From positions 746 through 64,745 of the forward strand of contig JAQTQN010000002.1 in NCBI GenBank assembly GCA_028712225.1: a stretch of DNA of 64,000 bases, in the 5' to 3' direction. The stretch comes from Methylobacter sp. (GTDB taxonomy: Bacteria; Pseudomonadota; Gammaproteobacteria; Methylococcales; Methylomonadaceae). The position numbers were made by a program, and so were the translations under genes. Positions 59,720 through 64,000 of the stretch are shown here, one piece after another. Within the stretch, counting starts at the first letter, position 1; the number at the start of each line of letters is the position of its first letter. Below the pieces are notes generated by a model, which did no database searches, was not told the DNA's origin, and saw only the letters and a program-made list of their open reading frames with translations.

Positions 59720-60081
59720 GGCGACGGTTACTTCTACTTTATCGATTATACGGAAGCCCCTCATACCCGCCGGGAAGCGGGTATCCAGTGCCATGGATGG
59801 TAAGCTAAATCCATCCCTGGAGCATGAATTCGCTTCGCGCTTTAGCGGGGTCCGGCAATCCCTGCCGAAATGATGATTCTGGGTATTGTGTGTTTATTAA
59901 ATATGACAAAGTAGAATTACCGGCTCACCATTGACGGTAGTCAGAAAGATTAAAAGCGCTCGATTTTCTTGATAACTGCCAGCCGAAAACTGAAATCTAT
60001 GTAGTTATTTTTCTAATTTATGATAGGCTTTTATCCATTAAATCTTCAGTCAACCATCAGAATTAGTAAAGGATAGCTGCA

Positions 60082-60231
60082 ATGACCTGCATAGATAATA
60101 ACAGCTTGGAAATTGGTGCAAAGAAAACTTGGGAAAAACCTGAAATTTCGGAATTAAAGACCAGTCTAACGGAAAAAGTAGGAGGGAAAACAGTAACATC
60201 AACTGAAGGCGCTTTTTCACGTCCCAGTTAA
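60082..60231 (+). CDS. Candidate lasso precursor peptide (49 aa), absent from the ORF track
   Basis: MTCIDNNSLEIGAKKTWEKPEISELKTSLTEKVGGKTVTSTEGAFSRPS. AAGGA lies 8 nt upstream of the ATG and a terminator hairpin lies downstream. The leader has the pattern W-x-x-P-x-I-x-x-L...T. Gly-Gly is followed 8/9 residues later by Glu. The core is Ser/Thr-rich and ends in Ser. Confidence 0.65.
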   Translation: MTCIDNNSLEIGAKKTWEKPEISELKTSLTEKVGGKTVTSTEGAFSRPS

Positions 60232-60305
60232 AAAACATCATTCGCGCTTGAAAGAAAGTCTTTCCAAAATCAGGGGCAATTTCATTCAAACGCAGATTCA
60301 CTTAC

Positions 60306-60335
60306 CCTGACCGATCTTTTGGTCGGGTTTTTCAT
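60306..60335 (+). terminator. Rho-independent terminator after the precursor ORF
   Basis: CCTGACC-gatctttt-GGTCGGG followed by TTTTTCATTTT. Confidence 0.6.
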
Positions 60336-60757
60336 TTTATCTTTCTTCAACTCGACGTTGACTTAATTGTCTTTATCGAAAGCTTGACTTTTCGTAGTGA
60401 TGTAACTGAATAGACGGGTGATTTCCGCTTGCTCAAATGCAGATCCGCTTGGTTAGCGGATCTGCATCGAACTTATCATGTGGCAAATAAACGACCTTTG
60501 CTTAAGGTTTACAGGCGTATCCGTTAGCCGATGTTGCACTGGGCTTTTAGGGTTTCATTGCAAAACGGGATTGTTCGAATATTCCTGATAGGTAGGCTGG
60601 CGGGAGAACTTCATAAGGCACCCGAGTACAAATGAATTGTACTCCAGTTCTATATCGACACGATACTCATAGCCATAGAGAAGAAGGGGAGACAACGGTA
60701 GCTAGCCAGCGTCAAACGAAGTGACATCACTCGGAAGAATTGCTCATGAAACGCCTG

Positions 60758-60790
60758 CAAAAATACGGCGGCCGGTATGACCGACCGCCG
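60758..60790 (-). terminator. Terminator after the tail-collar operon
   Basis: On the minus strand: CGGCGGTCGG-tcata-CCGGCCGCCG (one mismatch) followed by TATTTTTG. Confidence 0.55.
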
Positions 60791-60798
60791 CCAATGTT

Positions 60799-61329
60799 TC
60801 AATTACGAGAAGGGAACATGCCCTGAATGCAGATGCAGTGATTGACAACTAGAGAGGGTTGTATATTGCTATGCGGCTGGCTGCCCCCCGCCGGAGCCAA
60901 AGCATTTGACCCCATCGTTACCATATTGGATGAGACCGGATTTGGTTCGAAGCGTTTGTTTGCTTTGTCTCTTGATGGGTAAACCGTTGCAGAAGGTGTC
61001 CCCTGTGTACCAACCACATCATCTCCGTAAAGAGTATGGGTATGGCCCGGGATCTGAGTGAGGTTAAGTGGAACTGTTGTGTCGCCTCCGGTGGAAGCGA
61101 AATTCCGTGTGGTAAGCCCCGGGCCGGTACCGGAATGCATAGGCGTTACTCCCTGTAGGTTGGGCAGTAAGTAGGTTGTCTGTCCATTGCCGCCAAATGC
61201 GTTGCCTATAACGGCAAAAAGTGCCGTATTTTGTTGAACGTACATCGTTTGACCGTTACACCAAGCCCAATCCCTTGGGGCATAGGTGTAAGGCAATAAC
61301 CTGATTTCACCAAAAAATGCTTGTGACAT
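60799..61329 (-). CDS. Phage-tail-collar-domain protein (MdpB-like), paralog 3
   Basis: FGEIRLLPYTYAPRDWAWCNGQ...QNTALFAVIGNAFGGNG.TTYLLPNLQG and the C-terminal HSNIQPSL...QGMFPSRN. Confidence 0.85.
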   Translation of the reverse strand: MSQAFFGEIRLLPYTYAPRDWAWCNGQTMYVQQNTALFAVIGNAFGGNGQTTYLLPNLQGVTPMHSGTGPGLTTRNFASTGGDTTVPLNLTQIPGHTHTLYGDDVVGTQGTPSATVYPSRDKANKRFEPNPVSSNMVTMGSNALAPAGGSQPHSNIQPSLVVNHCICIQGMFPSRN

Positions 61330-61338
61330 AATTCCTCC

Positions 61339-61890
61339 TTAGTTTTGTGTCGGGAAAATACCCGTCGTGGCAATGATGTAATTAAGAGCTAAAAATGGTG
61401 CGACGTTCGTATGAGTGGCAACAGCTCCCAGAGTGCCGCCTCCCGCAGCGGAAACTGAAGACGACAGAAAGGGTTTTACCGCTGTTGTGTCTGTCGTATA
61501 GGAAAAGTCGTCAGTTCCACTCGCATCGGCGGCCAATGTGTTATTTTGGGGAGCCGTTGAATTGGCCTGCTGACTTGTCGCCTGTATAGGGTGATTATGA
61601 GCCGGCATTTGAGCTTCGGTTAAGGCCACCGTCTCTGTGCCTGTCGATAAGCCGACAGCCCAATTTACTGTACCGCCGCCGGAAGCGATCCCCGCTCCAA
61701 CCGGCACCCTTCCCCGCATGTCAGGAACTTTAAAGGTGGTTGATCCATCTCCGCCGTAGGTTGTTCCGATCAGAGCAAAAAGCGCCTCATACTCAGAGAT
61801 ATTGAGGGCTTGACCATTGCAAAAAACATATCCGACAGGTGCATACTGACCGGCAAAAATAGTGATTTGTCCTACATAAGGTTGAGACAT
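61339..61890 (-). CDS. Phage-tail-collar-domain protein (MdpB-like), paralog 2
   Basis: YVGQITIFAGQYAPVGYVFCNGQALNISEYEALFALIGTTYGGDGSTTFKVPDMRGRVPVG and the C-terminal HTNVAPFL...TGIFPTQN. Confidence 0.85.
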   Translation of the reverse strand: MSQPYVGQITIFAGQYAPVGYVFCNGQALNISEYEALFALIGTTYGGDGSTTFKVPDMRGRVPVGAGIASGGGTVNWAVGLSTGTETVALTEAQMPAHNHPIQATSQQANSTAPQNNTLAADASGTDDFSYTTDTTAVKPFLSSSVSAAGGGTLGAVATHTNVAPFLALNYIIATTGIFPTQN

Positions 61891-61899
61891 AATTCCTCC

Positions 61900-62415
61900 T
61901 CAGTTACGTGCTGGGAAAAAGCCTTGCAAGGCGATACAAAAGCCTATGCATAAGGACGGTTGGATGTTGGTATGAGCCTGGCTTCCGCCGCTGTTGCTAC
62001 AGGTTCCCGGATTTAGCGCGACATAAGTTCCGGTATTAATATAAGTCGATTCTTGTGATGCAGCAAAAACCACCGGCGCTGGAAATGCAAATGCTGTACC
62101 TAGAGTGCTGACGGCATTCATGGCGTGGGTATGTTGAGGCAGGTTTGTGTTGGCAAGTGTTACCGTATCACTACCGCCGACTGTACCTTGAATATAATTT
62201 TGCCCAGAATGAATCCCGGCATGAATCGGCATGCGCCCCCTAAAATCGGGCAAATTGAAGTTTGTCGTCCCGTTACCGCCAAACTGGACGCCAAGCAAGG
62301 CATAAAGCGCCTGATTTTGACTAATAACTAATGTCTGTCCTATACAGGAAGCCCAACCTTTCGGCGCCCAGTTAAAGCCGAACATCCGAATTTCTCCAAC
62401 AAATGGATCACTCAT
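61900..62415 (-). CDS. Phage-tail-collar-domain protein (MdpB-like), paralog 1
   Basis: FVGEIRMFGFNWAPKGWASCIGQTLVISQNQALYALLGVQFGGNGTTNFNLPDFRGRMPIH and the C-terminal HTNIQPSL...QGFFPARN. Confidence 0.85.
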   Translation of the reverse strand: MSDPFVGEIRMFGFNWAPKGWASCIGQTLVISQNQALYALLGVQFGGNGTTNFNLPDFRGRMPIHAGIHSGQNYIQGTVGGSDTVTLANTNLPQHTHAMNAVSTLGTAFAFPAPVVFAASQESTYINTGTYVALNPGTCSNSGGSQAHTNIQPSLCIGFCIALQGFFPARN

Positions 62416-62492
62416 ATATACTCCTTAGTTCATAAAAATTTACTTCATTAACGTTGAAGGTTATCGAAAAGGCCATAACAATTCTTTGCTTT

Positions 62493-62852
62493 TCAACTTC
62501 CGACTGCAACAGGTTTCACTGAGTAACAGGCTTGGTATTGGTAACCCGTTACTACTCCTTTATCGTTTCTTATGTCCCCAACAGGTACGATAAAGAACTC
62601 GTGGTCTCCCAGTTTTTCTTGTCTTGCCATGTAACAGCCCTGCGGCAGAAAAAATTCCGGCCCATGAAAAAGCAGATTAAAACTGACAAAGGGGCCGCAG
62701 GGAGTTTCTTTGCTGACCTCAACTAACGTAAGATCAACATTTTCGAATTCCGGCTCCTTACCGATGTTAGCTGGATCGAAGTCAGGAATAACGAAAGCAA
62801 AAGTCGTATTAACGAGGGGAGAAAATAGTGCGGCTGAGATAAGGTGTGTCAA
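62493..62852 (-). CDS. Small hypothetical protein heading the tail-collar operon
   Basis: 119-aa ORF with a GGAGGAAT Shine-Dalgarno sequence. No motif recognised with certainty. I recall similar small proteins preceding tail-collar triplets in other proteobacteria (unverified). Confidence 0.5.
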   Translation of the reverse strand: MTHLISAALFSPLVNTTFAFVIPDFDPANIGKEPEFENVDLTLVEVSKETPCGPFVSFNLLFHGPEFFLPQGCYMARQEKLGDHEFFIVPVGDIRNDKGVVTGYQYQACYSVKPVAVGS

Positions 62853-63108
62853 AATTCCTCCTATTTAAAAATAGCACCTACGTTATGCGTAAGTCCCTTG
62901 AGCGAATAGTGATTTTCCGGGGGAGCTCGATTTGAATGTAATCGACGGATAACGGAGGCTAGAGTATGTTTTTTTTTAGGTTGCCGTCAATTAGATTTTG
63001 AGCCGGAGTGTATTTAAAACTGATATTCTGGAGCAGCTTCCAGTGGCGCTGTATGGCCAGCTTCTTTTTCATGCACTTGACACCCTGCCAGATGAACTGT
63101 GTTCGGTA

Positions 63109-63627
63109 TCATTTGATTGTCGAACGTGCGGAGACAAAACAGCTTACCACGGTGAATTGATCGAAGCTGATACCCCCGGTGACTGGAACTCGACCGACGG
63201 CCACCCAGGCATGGGCTGCCAGCATTGCATCGTCGGCATTGCGATTGAGGCCGAAAAATAAATTGTGCGGAACGCCGTAAAGCCCCAGCAAAATCTTTGC
63301 GGTCAGGGCTTGAGGAAAGCAGTTCGATTTCCACGGTGTGTAATTTGCCGCCATCCGCACTACTCTTGATATGGATAAGGCTTTGGCCTCAGCGCGGGAA
63401 TCGGCGAGCGGCACCCAAGGGGCAATGCCCTCATGCACTCCAAGACGGAGCACCAAGCGCCTGAATGGAATTGTCAGTATGACGAAACGGCTTGCCCCCA
63501 GCAATAACCAGACGGGAAGAAACCATAATTTCTCAAACCAAGGCCTATAAATGAAACTCCGCCCTTTGCGGATAAGTGTCGAAAAGATCATCATGTGAGT
63601 GATTGATTGGCTATTCGGGACAGGCAT
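63109..63627 (-). CDS. Lasso peptide biosynthesis B2 protein (transglutaminase-like leader peptidase)
   Basis: SNCFPQALTAKILL (catalytic Cys) and AHAWVAVG (His) are the hallmark of B2 / McjB C-terminal domains. 172 aa. Confidence 0.85.
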   Translation of the reverse strand: MPVPNSQSITHMMIFSTLIRKGRSFIYRPWFEKLWFLPVWLLLGASRFVILTIPFRRLVLRLGVHEGIAPWVPLADSRAEAKALSISRVVRMAANYTPWKSNCFPQALTAKILLGLYGVPHNLFFGLNRNADDAMLAAHAWVAVGRVPVTGGISFDQFTVVSCFVSARSTIK

Positions 63628-63818
63628 TTGATTATTCCTTCTCAGTATTTAGCGAAGCTGTATTGCATGAGTACCACAGCGTCTTATTTCCCCCATCATC
63701 TCTTGCACACAGGTATCTAAGAAGTTTTATTCTAGTATTTAAGATAAGTTCCGGTGTTTCGCAAAGGAATGATATGCCAATAAAGTCAGCAATCTCCAGC
63801 CCGGTTTTTTTATATGTG

Positions 63819-64000
63819 CTATGCAGTAAATAGCATCTTAGATCGGCAGCTTTCCTGCACATCGCTCCAGCTACCCTGTGCAACAATCTTTCCCGCCTCC
63901 ATTACCAACACCTGATCGGCATGCTGCAAAGTCGCCATCCGATGACCGATTGCGACAACAGTCAGGTCGCCGTGTAGATTAACAATAGCCTGCCGGATTC
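63819..64000 (-). CDS. ABC transporter ATP-binding domain, C-terminal end (gene continues beyond the window); probable McjD-like exporter
   Basis: Minus-strand translation gives IRQAIVNLHGDLTVVAIGHRMATLQHADQVLVMEAGKIVAQGSWSDV...* (H-loop region), with the stop at 63819-63821. It is not in the ORF track because the start is outside the window. Confidence 0.75.
   Translation of the reverse strand, partial: IRQAIVNLHGDLTVVAIGHRMATLQHADQVLVMEAGKIVAQGSWSDVQESCRSKMLFTA

Noticed and set aside
60050-60301. 83-aa minus-strand ORF from the track, overlapping the precursor locus
   Set aside because: It is antisense to a plus-strand ORF that has an RBS, a terminator and lasso-precursor features. It has no RBS and a low-complexity sequence with no motif.
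60799-62852. Tail-collar genes taken as evidence for a prophage or tailocin
   Set aside because: No sheath, tube, baseplate, terminase, integrase or lysis genes are present anywhere in the window. Stand-alone MdpB-like triplets are common in bacterial chromosomes.
62998-63334. Track ORFs 62998-63261 (+) and 63014-63334 (-) overlapping the B2 gene
   Set aside because: Both overlap 63109-63627, which carries the diagnostic Cys/His B2 motifs. They are shadow frames.

Overview
This 64-kb window looks like gammaproteobacterial chromosome. It carries a PPi-dependent phosphofructokinase, NDH-2, an ABC-F ATPase and CspA; a methanotroph-like host is only a guess. There are six blocks.
(1) 1-2.8 kb: the 3' end of a P1B metal ATPase, a GHCxxMCG membrane protein and a hypothetical gene.
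(2) 2.9-20.5 kb: a complete MSHA/T2SS-like pilus cluster in two divergent arms. One arm carries GspG/H/I/J-like pseudopilins, a GspF platform, a STAS-MshEN-GspE ATPase, a GGDEF-EAL protein, a CheY receiver, a PAS histidine kinase and an HDOD protein. The other arm carries a pilin-anchored protein with two DNRLRE domains, PilM/N/O/P-like proteins and a short secretin.
(3) 20.5-23 kb: four tRNA genes (Lys, Glu x2, Ala) embedded in IS debris from the IS1, ISAs1, IS3 and IS5 families.
(4) 23.2-32.5 kb: housekeeping genes, namely pfp, ndh, ABC-F, UspA, a TM2 protein, CspA and a DUF1538x2/PII-like/CBS operon.
(5) 33.5-46.5 kb: a visibly AT-rich Wzx/Wzy-type O-antigen cluster. It has wzz, several GT4 glycosyltransferases, a 2-epimerase, an RmlD-like reductase, a methyltransferase, a 2OG oxygenase and a decayed FnlA/CapD-type dehydratase remnant.
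(6) 46.6-64 kb: the most interesting part, a large split-B lasso-peptide-type RiPP cluster. The core set is an Asn-synthetase-like cyclase, a PqqD RRE, a B2 protease, the 3' end of an ABC exporter, and a 49-aa precursor ORF missing from the ORF track. The tailoring set is unusually rich: two HprK-like kinases, three sulfotransferase-like proteins, an ATP-grasp, a nucleotidyltransferase, an Asp/Asn beta-hydroxylase, a 2OG oxygenase and a GNAT. A decayed IS3 element interrupts the cluster, and an operon of three tail-collar-domain paralogs plus a small protein sits inside it.
No CRISPR array or rRNA gene was seen. All family assignments come from reading motifs in the translations, not from database searches.
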